Shown here in pieces: positions 51,338-64,000 of a stretch of 64,000 bases of DNA. The notes beneath the pieces were generated by a model that made no database searches, was not told where the DNA came from, and saw only the letters and a list, made by a program, of their open reading frames with translations. The position numbers and the translations under genes are program-made. Source of the DNA: Chlorokybus atmophyticus (taxonomy: Eukaryota > Plantae > Mesostigma and Chlorokybus algae); the NCBI GenBank assembly GCA_009103225.1, contig RHPI01003533.1, positions 223,950 to 287,949 of the forward strand. Reading direction: 5' to 3'. Within the stretch, counting starts at the first letter, position 1; each line of letters starts with the position of its first letter.

Positions 51338-54300
51338 ATGGCAAAGCGCATGGTGCTTGGTGGATGGCGCATTGGCGAAAGACAACTGACCGCAACGCAG
51401 GCATTATGGCCTGGGCAGCTTCCTACTGCTGGAGCACTCCACGCGTGAGGCAGTGTGTTTGAAATGCTCAACCTACTCAATTATTCCTTGAACTTGACTG
51501 AGCTGATGTTGCAATGCTCTTGCTGTGCGGTCGTCTCAATGACAGCAGCTGGTTGCAAGGTGGCATGACAGCTGATTGTTGGTTGCTGACCCCCAGGCTT
51601 CACACGCAAAGCGCAGCAGCGCCAGTCATCCGAAGCACAGTTGTGGTCGGCGACGATGACTATCAGAAGAACTGGTGAGCAAGCCTTTCGTCTCTTTGTG
51701 CTCGTAAATATTAGCACTTGCTCGCATGAACTAGCAGCCTTAGCACTGGCAGCTTGCAACTCTGATGGCTTCAGCTGTGTGTATGTGCGCGCGCGTGCAC
51801 ATACACACGCGCGCACACGGACGTGCGTACGCGTGCACGCACACATGGGTCCTTATAGTATTACCAGTGTGAAGTTTCAGTCGAGGCCAGCAGCCATGCA
51901 GTTGTAACTTGCGTTGTGTTGTGTTGTGATGCTCTATGTCGGCATGCAGGTCAGCTATGGGGGCATTGGTGGCGCAGCTGAGGTCGGCGGTGTCGATTGT
52001 GCTGTTGGGCGGCGGGAGCACCGCGGTAGAGCGCCATAGAGCGCGCAATAAGATGCTGCCGAGGGAAAGGATAGACAGGTAAGCGCGCACGTATGCGCAC
52101 GTTGTGGTGTGAGTACATGCCTGGTTGCAAGTGCGTAGACGCGCACAAGCGAATGTGCACATGTCTGTGTGCCTGCGGGCTAGCGTGTAAGTGTATGCGT
52201 ATGCATGTGTGGGCGCACACATGCATATGCATACACGTATGTGCACGCACACAAATGCGCGCATGCACTCACACACAGGCGCGCGCATATTGGTGCACGC
52301 GCGTGTGCGCGCATATATATGCGTGCGGGTGCATGTGCTTGTGCGTGTCCATGCACGCCTGTGTGGGTGCGTGCATGTGCACATGCATGTGTATGTGTGT
52401 GCGTGTTGTGTATGCGCGCACATATGTGTTTGTGCAAGCAAGCGCAAGTATCTGCATGTGCGCATGCGTATATGTACACAGCTTTCGCAGTTTCAACTCT
52501 TATACATATCCGGAATGCAGACTACTTGATCCTGGATCGCCATTCTTGGAGTTGTCACAGGTGAGAGAAAGGCTCTGCTGGTTGCCTTATCCTACCCATG
52601 CTGATAAAGACAAGTTGACGTCACGGGCAACGCGTCTCATTCTGTTGTGTTTGTGTGTTGCTAGCTTGCTGGCCACAACCTGTACGGGAAGGAGGTGGTC
52701 CCCTCCGGCGGCATAATCACGGGCATTGGAAGGGTGCACGGGCGCCTCTGCATGCTGGTTGCCAACGACGCCACCGTCAAGGGGGGAACATACTACCCTA
52801 TCACCGTGAGTGTACTCGTGTTGCTGCCAATTGTGGTAAAGAGATGAGCCAATACATGTGTACATGCATGGGTGTCCACGAAGACATACGTGTTTGCGCA
52901 CACGCATGCACGCACGCACGTGCAGGCGTTTATACCCATGTGTACATGTGTGGTAGCTGCATGTAGGTGTAAACAGCCATGTGGACTTGCATGTACCTGC
53001 GCATGATGCTCTACACACATACACTCGGACAGGTGTGCATGTTCTCTTTAGTTAAAACGCTCATATCGAATGCACAGGTAAAGAAGCACTTGAGGGCTCA
53101 GGAGATCGCCGACCAGTGCTCTCTCCCTTGCGCTTATCTGGTCGACAGCGGCGGCGCGAACCTCCCTCGCCAGGCCGACGTGTTCCCCGACCGCGACCAC
53201 TTTGGCCGCATCTTCTTCAACCAGGCGCGCATGTCCGCGAGGGGGATACCGCAGGTCGCCCTCGTGCTCGGCTCGTGCACGGCCGGGGGAGCGTACGTAC
53301 CCGCCATGGCGGATGAGAGCGTCATAGTCAAAGGGAATGGCACCATCTTCCTTGGAGGGCCGCCACTCGTGAAGGTAGCGTGCACGTGAAGGTAGCATGT
53401 GTCACACGAGCGTGTGCGCGCCTCTTTGTGTCAGCAAATTCTGTGTAAACAACAGATTCACAAGATGCATGTGCTTGTGCACGCGTCTGTAGGTGGGTGG
53501 GTGGGCGTACAACTAACATGACACACGTACAGGACACATATGACGCACTTGACACATATGACACACATGTGCTTGCGCGCGTGCGCGCACACGCGCAAGC
53601 ATATCTGTGTTGAGTTAGTTGCTATGTCAACATGATCTTCTCAAGCGTTGTGCACGGTTGTTTGAGGTTGTCATGTGTGTAGGCCGCAACAGGAGAAGAA
53701 GTCAGTGCGGAGGACTTGGGTGGCGCGGACTTGCATTGCAAAACCTCCGGCGTGACGGACCATTACGCTGTCGGTGAGATTGTCTTCAACACGCATGTGG
53801 CACATGCGTATTACGCACGCTGCAAAAGGGTGTTGACACTCTGTGGTTGTCAACAGACGAGAAGCACGCGCTTGCAATCGGGCGAAGCATACTCTTGAAC
53901 ATAAGTGCACCTGCACACAACAGCAGCGCATCAGACAGGTTGGTACACTTTGGGCAGTTTATCTCAAGTTCTATTTGCTTCGATTGTTTATCTGTGTCCG
54001 TGCAGGGAAGTCAAGACTCCACTGTACGACCCGAAAGAGTTGTGGGGAGTTGTTCCCGCGGATGCACGACGCACGTATGATGTGAGGGACGTCATTGCGC
54101 GCATTGTTGATGGCAGCGAGTTTCATGAGTTTAAAAAACTGTACGGCACGGTAAGCAAGCAGGGTTGTAGCTCAACATACTTGCGGACGCAATGTTACTT
54201 ATAGACGCTCATCACTTGTTTAGACATTGGTGACGGGGTTTGCGCGCTTGCACAGCACAACTGTTGGGATTGTGGCCAACAACGGCGTGTTGTTCAGCGA

Positions 54301-55241
54301 GGCTGCACTCAAGGGTGCCCATTTTGTGCAGCTTTGCGACCAACGCGGCATTCCTATTGTATTTTTGCAGAACATTACTGGATTCATGGTGAGCATGTAT
54401 AAAGCTAAAGAACACATGCATTGGGAGCGGTTGTGTGGTCTACTCATGAGATGCTCTTTCATGTTGTGTATGTAGGTTGGGCGCAAGTATGAAGCGGGTG
54501 GCATAGCTAAGGATGGTGCGAAGATGGTCATGGCCGTGGCATGTGCAAAGGTACGTATGATGTTTGATGCAAGCCAGTTGCGTGCGCACAAACCTGCACT
54601 GATTATGTTGTGTTGTTCGCAGGTGCCGAAGGTCACAGTCGTCATTGGCGGTAGTTTTGGTGCAGGCAACTATGGCATGTGCGGGCGAGCCTATTCACCA
54701 AACTTCCTGTTCATGTGGCCCAATGCGCGCATCTCCGTTATGGGAGGCGACCAGGTGAACATTGTGTGTTACCCTGCTCGCGCGTGTATGTGTGCGCGCA
54801 CACACACGGAAACATATGCACGCGTGCTTGTGCTTGTGCTCATGCATGCGTGTGTGTGTCCTTCCACGTGTCAGACCAATACGCCACACTCTCAATCCAG
54901 GGCCTTGAGCTCGATCCATCACAAGTACACAGTCACAACATTCTCATGCTGACGTCATGCACATGCGCTTGTGACAGGCTGCAGGCGTGTTGGCGACAGT
55001 GGAGAGGGAGAAGAGGGAGCGGGAGGGGTCCCATTGGTCAGAGACTGAAGAGAAGGAGTTCAGAGAAAGGATAAGGCAGCGCTACGAGGATGAAGGCAGC
55101 CCTTATTATGCATCTGCGCGGCTGTGGGATGACGGCATCATCGACCCCGCTGACACGCGCACCGTGCTAGCACTTGCCGTTGAGGCCGCACTGCAAGGGT
55201 ACAGAAGAGACCGGACTGGGTATGGTGTGTTTCGCATGTAA
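51338..55241 (+). CDS. MCCB: 3-methylcrotonyl-CoA carboxylase beta (carboxyltransferase) subunit, mitochondrial, ~13 exons
   Basis: Spliced translation: MAKRMVLGG... presequence; [40 protein letters not shown]; [26 protein letters not shown]; [24 protein letters not shown]; [13 protein letters not shown]; [23 protein letters not shown]; [14 protein letters not shown]; YGVFRM*. Confidence 0.96.
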
Positions 55242-55983
55242 AATGATGATGGCACTGTTGCACCTTTAACTAGTATAGTGTTGTCTTCTGCCGGCATGAT
55301 GCACTTCTTGATCAAGCTCCACCTCATGGCAATAGTGTGCAGGTTGAGCCCACTTGCCGCAGATTGTTAGAGATGAGTCTGTGTTGAGGTTGGGCCTTTG
55401 TCATGTGTCAATGTTGCACGTACCATAGAAGCGGTTGTGTGCATGCGTGTGCTTGTTAGGGCTTGTACTCAGGTTTTGGGCAAATGCTGTGCTACCGTTG
55501 ACGTTCATGCAAACCTGTTCAACCAGTTGCATCTGAAAGGAATGGTCAGGATGTGATGAAGACCCCTCGCGACCAGTTGCAGGTATGCAACTCGAGATCC
55601 ACCGCGTAACAACACTTGACATCTGAAGTAGAGTACCACAGTGTGCCATTGTTGCGTTGTTGCTGACAGACCACTAAGTGCTGCACTCGTTGAAGCTCGA
55701 CAAGCAGCGCCCATAATCATGCCAACAATTCAATAGTTTGACACTTCAAAAATGCAAAAACGTCCGGCATGCAGCATGTGTGTTGTGGTTTACTCAACCT
55801 CCTGCTGCACCCAAGCTGTACCATGTCGCCTGTCACATACATACCCCTGTCGCATTTCCTCTGGCTATTAAGAAGAAAAGCTTGGTTGCTGGGGAAACTA
55901 CATTAGATCATGCCCATACCACTCAACGTCGGCGCACTTTTGAGCAAAAGCTTCCACTCATCCATGCTTACCACAGATGACCA

Positions 55984-57890
55984 TCACTTTCTTGACTTGG
56001 TCTTTTTGGCTGGTGTGCTACCAACTGGGGAGCCTGCAGCAACCTGCTTCGTTGCCACACCAACCTTGTGAACAAAAGACATATTGTTAGTACAAACATG
56101 CACATTAAAATATATGCAATATAGCACGAGCAGCTTACCGCACGAGGAGCTTGTCCTTCAAACAGCACATCAAAATGGACGTCTCCAAAACCGCCACACT
56201 CCTGATAATTGCACAATACCATGAGTGTGGGTTGCTACACAGTATGGTCTACTCCAAGCACGAGTCCATGCGTGCCAGGTTGCCACAAACATGTTTCAGG
56301 CAAGAGCTTGTGACTGCTAGTCATCATCCCAATCGCCAGTCAAGACTTGCCTTTACCACCGTCGCAATGTCTGCTTTCTTGCCAAAGAGACCCTGCAAGG
56401 CTGCCGCCAACCCACCATTTGCGGCTGTTTCCTCCAAGAAGATGAATGGCTGCACGCAGTGGCTATGAGGCTACACGCAATGACTATGGACACCTAATTA
56501 CCATCAACAACCTGAGATGCGTAAATGCAGACACAACGCACCTTCATACAAAACCCAGCAACACATGGAATGTGTGCAAACAGTCGTGTAATGCGTGTAA
56601 CATTAACACCAGCGTTGATATATTACTAATGTACTGCACCGTGACCACTTAGCAACGTGTTACCACCCAATGGGTTTACGCATGGCATGTGTGTACTCCT
56701 GAGACTAGTTCCAAAACCAGCTCACCTTGCCTGGGCGCAGAACACGTGCGGCTTCAGCAATGCAAGCAGCCGGATCCGCCACTCCACTCAGCGCATTCAC
56801 ACTGACCTAACGCATATGCCCATGCATGAGGCCTCACCTACAAGCAAACATGACGTGTAAATCATTGTTACGTCATGCAGACACTCACCACTGCATCGAC
56901 GCTACTTGTTGCAATGTCCAGCGGCGCGAGTGGCTGTTGCCTCACGTCCAATGGCATCCCAATTGTTGCAGCTGTTGGACAGAATGAACACCTGAGCACA
57001 GTGTCATTCAACTTTAAGCAACACATGATCAAGCATGACCGATGCTTTCACCTGTTTGCTGCAAAAGTCCAGCCTTGGCGGACGGGCTGACACCAATGAC
57101 CATCCGCGTGCTTTTTGGATAATAATATAGGTTCCTACCGCCCTTCATGCCGAGCTCCACGACCGTGGCCTCCTTCGGCACATGTCTCCCCAGCATCGCA
57201 GCTGTGACGTACTGTAAAAAGCGACAAGGAATGCATGAAACCAATGCCTTAATGGTAAACCCAGTCTTTGCAACAAAAACTAACGCAGTATGCCAATGGT
57301 TGCGCTTGTCTATTTTGTCTAAAACACACTCTGCACTCTGCATGCGACGTGATATTGCTAATGCATGCACGACAGCTTGGAACAATGGTTGTGAGTCACA
57401 ATTTTCCCAAACTACGCTGATTGCTTGTGAGTTGCAAACAGACTTGTCCATCAGTGTGGGTTTTACAAGGCTGTCATGGCTGGAGGCAGCTGAGCTGACA
57501 ATATAAACACAGCCGAGTGCAGTTGTGGCACAAAGGAAGTATGGGCACGCTGCACCGCAACTTGGTTGGATCGTAGTAGCATAGCCAAAAACATGCATGT
57601 ACATGACACTGGCGGCGACTTACCTGCATGCGTAAATAAACATACGCTCTAAACCCCAGAGTAACGACAACTGCGCCGGCTGCAGCAATCTCAGCGGCGG
57701 AAGTGATGGCAGGAACTGGGACGCCACCCAGGGCTGCGCTTGTGGCCGGATGACTTTTGTGCTTGCGCTGTGGTCTGGGCGCTGACCTCCACGCAGGCCT
57801 GACGGTGGCCGCACGGCCTGGCGCAACTGCTGGTCGCCGCCGCCGCATAGACAGCGCAGGACAGGGCAGGAGTAGCGCAAACGACGCCAT
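55984..57890 (-). CDS. Class I SAM-dependent methyltransferase (Methyltransf_11-like) with a likely plastid transit peptide, ~7 exons
   Basis: Exons join to MASFALLLPCPALSMRRRRP...YLRMQYVTAAMLGRHVPKEATVVELGMKGGRNLYYYP...GVSP...LDIATSSVDAVVSVNALSGVADPAACIAEAARVLRPGKPFIFLE...KKTKSRK*. Confidence 0.75.
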
Positions 57891-58142
57891 GGCCGTACCT
57901 CTCAGCACAGCAATATGCGGCGGCGCCGAACACTCTCTCCTCCTGCTATCCCCAGCCACCTCCCCAGCCACCCTCCGCCGCCGCCGTTGCTGCGGCACCC
58001 AAGCTGACTGAGAAAAACAAGTTTGTGAGCAAGAATTTGAGGCCCAGCTGAGGTCAGAACTGAGCGCCACTGAGCGCCAGCTCAAGGTTAAGCACACCTT
58101 CAAGCTTAAGCTCCAGGCATCTTCAAGCACAAGCGCAAGCTT

Positions 58143-58212
58143 AAGCGGAAGCGGAAGCGGAAGCGGAAGCGGAAGCGGAAGCGGAAGCGGAAGCGGAAGC
58201 GGAAGCGGAAGC
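58143..58212. repeat. (AAGCGG)~11.7 hexamer array
   Basis: Perfect tandem hexamer about 250 bp upstream of the methyltransferase ATG. Confidence 0.95.
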
Positions 58213-59119
58213 TCCAGTTTCTACAGGCAAGCTCAAGCAGCTACTTGAGCCTGAGATTGAGCTGCAGCTTGAAGTTGTGCATTATGCGTTACCAACCAAA
58301 GCGAAGCGTAAGGCTGCGCTTTGGTTGGTAATTGTACCTGGAGTTCATGCTGTCAATCTTAAAATCGAGCACTCAAGCTGATAGTTGTGCTTTCAATTCT
58401 GAGCTCTAGCTCAGATCAAGCTTGCATTGTGAGCTTGGGTTTGAGTTTGAATCTACAGTGCTTTTGCTATTTGCTCGCGAAGCAGCCTACAGTAAGCAAG
58501 ATCATGCGGTTGACTGCTTCATTCGTTGGTAAGAAGCAATAACGCCTTAACAATGCAAGTCGAAGCTGCTACCATTTGTCCCATGCGTTACGCCACAGCA
58601 TTGGTCTGAAGCATAACAACAGCAGGTAACACACAGACTATTGGACGGGGACAGTGCGGACACAAACAATCAATTGGTAGCTGAAGTGGGCTCACGGTCA
58701 TATGTCAGTCGTTGCTGTTCAAACATTGTCACGAGTAACTAGCAGTATGCAAGCGACTTGTGCGACAATGTTGCTGATTATTACTCTATTATAAAACGTG
58801 TATACCATCTCATGCAGTGGGGTGGATATATAAGTTCATTGTCGAAGCGTGACGAAGTCCATATTGCTTTGTCCAAGTATACAACTCAAGTACTGCTAAA
58901 CACTGCAAATACTCCACCTACTAGCGTGTGATGGCATACAGCTTCACCATTTGTACCCTACGATAAATACAACACACCATTTGGTAAAAGTTCTCAACCA
59001 CAGCGAGGGGAGACTTATCTACAACTCAATCAGATCAGGCATTCGTAAAAATTGTAAAAAGTCACCCGTGTTGATGGTGTCGACGCTGATGTGATGCTCA
59101 GCGCTACAAAGCGCGGGCC

Positions 59120-59800
59120 AGCGCGAATGGTGGCGACGTGGGAGGCGTGATTGGACGAGAGGAATTTGTCGTGGCGGTAGATGCGGTTGTCGCTGTTCTG
59201 GTAGTGCAGCCCCGGCTCGTCCACATTGATGCAAGTGTACGTGACTTTGAACACATGCGTCATGCATGCAAGCGCAACTGCAAGGTACATTGCACGGTAG
59301 TGCCAATTGCTGCAAGTGGATGAGAGATTGTTGAGTGATAGAGAACAGAGTCATGATACAACGAGCTGTAATCAACATTTACCTGCCACCATCACTACGT
59401 TCATACCAAGTCTTCCATAATGTTGCTCTCCTAGTAGTATTACTAACAGACCCATAGTAGGCAACGACTACTACTGCTGGTTCGGCTACCGTACTTCAGC
59501 AAGTAGTCACTGAGTGGTCGTAACAGTGGCAATATACAGACAAGTAGAAATGGTGCTGATAACAGTAGGTAATGTTTCATAAACATGAGTGGTGGAAGTA
59601 GTGGTGGCACTCTCCAAGTCGGGTATTGTTATTGTTGGAGTATGTGTTCATAGCACTTATATGCAAGTTGTTGGCGTACTTGTGGGAACATGCTGGGAGT
59701 GGCAATGTGATCAAGAGCCCCAGCCTTGCCGCGGAACGCAGACGAGTAGCGCTTGTTGATGGGGAGGGTTAAAGCCACATCGAACAAGACACCATTGCTA
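59120..59800 (-). pseudogene. ExeM/NucH-like extracellular nuclease (EEP domain) C-terminal relic, copy A
   Basis: LPINKRYSSAFRGKAGALDHI (~59700-59770) and INVDEPGLHYQNSDNRIYRHDKFLSSNH (~59150-59240) parallel the YSY.F.G..G.LDH and INADEP..DY....D..RSSDH blocks of ExeM/NucH. Confidence 0.55.
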
Positions 59801-62716
59801 TACATTCATGTAAGCAACCAATTGTAACTGTTGATGTGCATATGTATTGTGACCCAACGTTTCCATCCGTATGCTATCAGTGAAGTCAAGGCATGTTGTC
59901 GCCATGCGCGAGTTCGGAGCTTGACTGGCGCTGCAAGCAATTGCATATCAGTGCCACGCAATGGCCCGAAATGACATGTTGCCTTGTCTCATCCGCACGC
60001 ACACAAAAATGACGCGGGTCCTGAAGTTTTCCTTGCTTGACACGTAAACGTTAACCCACAAGATCGTAGATTACAATGCGTGTTGCATTATGCAACAGCA
60101 TCTTGGACTGTCTCTATCACTGCATGTGTGGGTGAGAATGGAGTGCAGTACCTCCTAGATACACAAAGTTATTTCTTGCATACTGCTCCCTTTCGCCCGT
60201 ATCTGGATGGGACTAGGCACAGCAGTGGATATGCGCTGCTGTAGCTTGCGGCATTGCAGCACTCCTAGTAGTAGGCTTTCACATCAGCTGCTATGGCGCA
60301 TTCTAGAGTGTTTGTAAGCTACAAATAGGCCGGCAGCTGGAATGATTTGTAACGCGGGGCTTAGCCGACTAGGCCATGGTAGCAAAAGTCGCTACCATGA
60401 GAGGTTGTGTGTTGCTCATCAATGCTTCATAAGCCCTTCTTAGCCTATTCCACATTAACCGGCATTACATTCAACCCGGTTGTAACCGCGATTTCACATG
60501 CACATCTTGGTCCTTCCTGACCGGCAGGCCTTTCCTCGTGTCCGGTCATGACTAGCCAGTACCGGTCGTGCTGCATAGTTTTCCGCGGCAACTTGCCACG
60601 TTGCCGCGCAAAAGCGACATGCGCGCCAATCAATCGACTTAACCTCACACACAGTGTGTACACCTTGGCTGTGCGGCCCTACGATAGGGGCCCTACTTGC
60701 CTCGATTACAAGAGCAAACTCCGCGTGGGATCTGAGTGGGTGTCCCGCAGACTCTGCAGAATGGTTGGGGCCACGCCTTGGGTGGGGTAGAGCCTGTGGT
60801 GGAGTGTGTGGTGTTGGTTATGGCTTGCGCACTGCATAACCCTCGTAAAGATTGCTTACAACGTTGTAAATTTGCGCTATAGTAATAGCAGCGTTTCCGG
60901 GAAGTTTAACAGGTAAACCCTCCCGCACTTTGCAACCCCAACCCCAATTCGCCCATTCTCTCTCTCTCCCTCCCTCCCTCCCTCCCCCCCCCACACCACG
61001 NNNNNNNNNNNNNNNNNNNNNNNNNNNNNNNNNNNNNNNNNNNNNNNNNNNNNNNNNNNNNNNNNNNNNNNNNNNNNNNNNNNNNNNNNNNNNNNNNNNN
61101 NNNNNNNNNNNNNNNNNNNNNNNNNNNNNNNNNNNNNNNNNNNNNNNNNNNNNCCCACCCACACCCACCCACCCCACCAGCGAAAATTCATACGGGTATG
61201 GGCAACCATAATGAAGATGCGAGGGTTATCATAATTAGCGGTTACAGTGTTATGTTGCCCTACTGTGGACGCATGTGTGTGGGTGCACGCGGAATATTAA
61301 TCATTGCTTGTTGCTGCCATTGGATGAGCTAAGAAGTTTGACGCATCATTGATGTGCTGTATTTTGCTATAGTGTTTGCTGTGCTGCTTGCGTAAGGCTA
61401 ATTTGCACTTGTGCTAACCGTGCTAAAGAGGGTTGTGTGGTTGTCGCACGCTGTGCTGTGCCTACGTCAGTGTTAGAGCCTTACCACGTTTGTGGAAGGC
61501 TATGTCTACGTACATATCAACAACATCGTAATGCAGTAGTAATAGTTACACACACGTAAACTGTAGGCAAAACTGAGTGACTAACCTTGCAATGCAAACG
61601 CGTTGAACAATGAATACATATGCAAATAGCTTGCAGCTGTTTTAAGTTTTGTTATGGCAAGAATATAAACCTTAGCGTGATATCTTAAGATCGTGAAACC
61701 TTTTGCGGTGGGGAAGCTGGTCTCGGCATGGTCGTTGTCGTTATGCTTCTGGTCAAGTCCATGCCTAACCTCTCCCTGTGTTCATTTGCGCTCCCTTCAC
61801 AAATACAGCTCTTCCTACAGGTACAGGCCTTCCTATCCCCGCAGTCCTTACCTGCCTGCTCTGCTTGCCTCACCGGTCCTTGCACTTCAGAACCAGCCCC
61901 TTAGCTGTAGTGATTGTGTGTAATTTGCTGGATATAATTGATGTGTGTGCATGCTACCACTGATGTAACTAAGGGCCTCTACTCTACCTTTCATATGCAA
62001 GTTGTATGGATGCATTATAGTAATATCAGCAATATGGGCGATGTGCAGCACTTCATCAAGATTTTCGCTTTTATCACCCTTGTAACGAGAGCATGAACAA
62101 ATGGGGTATTCTTGCGAACCAATGACGCTTTTGTTTGTTATGACCATATTTGATTATGTATTAATGAATCAAACGCGAGTATTTACTACCTCGCTATGGT
62201 TGTCGGTGCCAACTACGCAAAACCGCCCGCCGGATTGCATACATGGATGACTGCGCACCGAAGCTGGTGTTGCCTGAAACCGGGTTGCCACGACCTCAGC
62301 ACTAGCCGTAAAACTTTGCCTGAGTAGAACAGGACACTTATAAACAAAGGTTTGGTTGTGATGCATACGATGCAACGCACTCATGATTGGTTTACATGAA
62401 TCTTATCGTGTGCCAAATATGTATAGGTATATATGGCGTTTCTGTTTGCTGTTGTTGTGGAGTAGGTAGGTGGATTTGGTTATGCATGTTAATATTCATA
62501 AGCAATACGTACAATTGTAGATCTCTCGCAATGCATGCACAAAAAGCGGTATTTGTTGTGCGTATAAAAGAGTGTGTTGCTGATGACTACTTTCCATGAA
62601 TGCGTCTACCAGCTCATGCATTGATATGCACGTTCATTGTCCAAGCTTGATGAAGTTCAAATTGCTATGCAAGTGCACAACTCAAGTAGTACTGGAAATC
62701 TTAACGACTCCACCTA

Positions 62717-63145
62717 CAGTCTGCCCCCTTTAAGAGCATACTGTTTACCCTCTACTATCATATCCTTTTAGCGGGGTTATTCTCTTCGCGTTTAAGCGCA
62801 TAATATGCTCTTGGATGTCTGAGCATAAATATTCTATTAACGCAATTCTGCCTATCAAGTCACGCGTCTCACGCTATGCTCATTGCGTCATCAAGCTAAT
62901 CACACCTTGCCCTTCACGCTCTGCCCATCATGCTTTATGCAATACCCGTCATGCGTTACTCCTCCAACCTTGGAATATGCTCACTAGAACTTGCAAGAAT
63001 CGCGCGAAATAATAATGTGCTCATCGTGATCAAGCATATTCTCTTACGCATTAATATTTGCCTATATTTCGTTTGGTAATCTCATTGTTCATGCTGTTAG
63101 CGAGGTTATTCTCTTGGAGCGAAGTCTCTTAGTGGGGGTAGACTG
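62717..63145. mobile_element. 429-bp MITE, Tc1/mariner-type
   Basis: TIRs CAGTCTGCCCCCTTTAAGAG and CTCTTAGTGGGGGTAGACTG (17/20 complementary); TA on both flanks (62715-16, 63146-47). Confidence 0.8.
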
Positions 63146-63339
63146 TACAAGCGTGGGCACAGCTTCACCCCTTCTACTTTACAACGGGAACAACACACCG
63201 TTTAGTAAAAGCTCGCATCCACAACGAGGGGAGGCCTATCTCTACAGCTGAATGAGCATAGCTTACAAACAGCCACACTGTGTTAATGGTAATGCTGTTG
63301 ACGCTGGGTTTATGTGCAAGCCACGCAGCGCGGGGGCAA

Positions 63340-63790
63340 TGTTGTTGAGGTGGCAAGGGCGACGGATCCGCGGTCGCCAGAGCGGTACTTGTCGGGGCTG
63401 TAGATGCGCTTGTCGCTGTCGCAATAGCGCAGCGCTGGCTCGTCCGCAGTGGTTGTAAACGTACGTGACTGATTGAATACCTGCGTTATACGTGCAACCT
63501 GAGCTGAGAGCAGCGAAGATGTAATCCACAGCACCAGCCTTGCCGCGGAAGACAAACCGGTAGCGCTTATGATGGGGAGGGTTGGAGTAACATCAAACAA
63601 GCCATGATTGCTGCAAAGTAAGCATGTCAGAAACCAGTTACAGTTTTATGTTTGCATATGTGTCATCTTGCAACTTGATTTCAACAACCGCAATGTGTGC
63701 TTGCTCACCATGAGTTTCGAGAGAATCCTTGAATGCATACACAAATCACCAACTACGAGCATGTTCGTCACGCCATCGCGCGCAATGTTC
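63340..63790 (-). pseudogene. ExeM/NucH-like nuclease relic, copy B (continues beyond the window)
   Basis: NMLVVGDL..YAFKD; KRYRFVFRGKAGAVDYI; ADEPALRYCDSDKRIYSPDKYRSGD; frameshifted; nucleotide homology to copy A. Confidence 0.55.
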
Positions 63791-64000
63791 TTTTTTCACA
63801 AGGTCTAGCACGGTCTGCACGAGGCATACACAAGCAAAGTCCACGCATGCAATTGTGCCTTGTTCTTTGCATACACAAGTGCACACGCACGTGCATGTCT
63901 GACTCTGTATGTGTCTGTGTGTGTGCATGTGTTGGTGCATGCCTACGTACGCGTGGTGGCAAGCATTGCGGCTGAGCATCCAGGTCATCGGCATCCCCGC

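Overview
Eukaryotic, intron-rich, transposon-dense window, most likely a flagellated green alga (inference from GT-AG introns with CA/TG-rich intron sequence, a plant-type IREG3/FPN3 gene, ciliary UNC119, and the standard genetic code). Four spliced host genes can be assembled by eye: plastid-type ferroportin (-), UNC119 (+), 3-methylcrotonyl-CoA carboxylase beta subunit (+) and a plastid-targeted SAM-dependent methyltransferase (-). About half of the window is retroelement. (1) A decayed Ty3/Gypsy element at ~6.4-14.9 kb (-) carries a complete C5-cytosine DNA methyltransferase domain between protease and RT; this is the most notable feature. (2) A full-length chromovirus at 23013-29077 (+) with a CAGGA TSD, and a solo LTR of the same family at 48725-49392. 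(3) A second full-length Gypsy at 29476-38851 (-) with ~2.8 kb of extra coding sequence after integrase. (4) A Penelope-like RT relic abutting a (CA)114 microsatellite. Also present: a Harbinger-like relic, a Tc1/mariner-type MITE, two decayed ExeM/NucH-like nuclease copies, several structured repeats and four N gaps. All protein assignments come from manual translation and motif recognition, not database searches.
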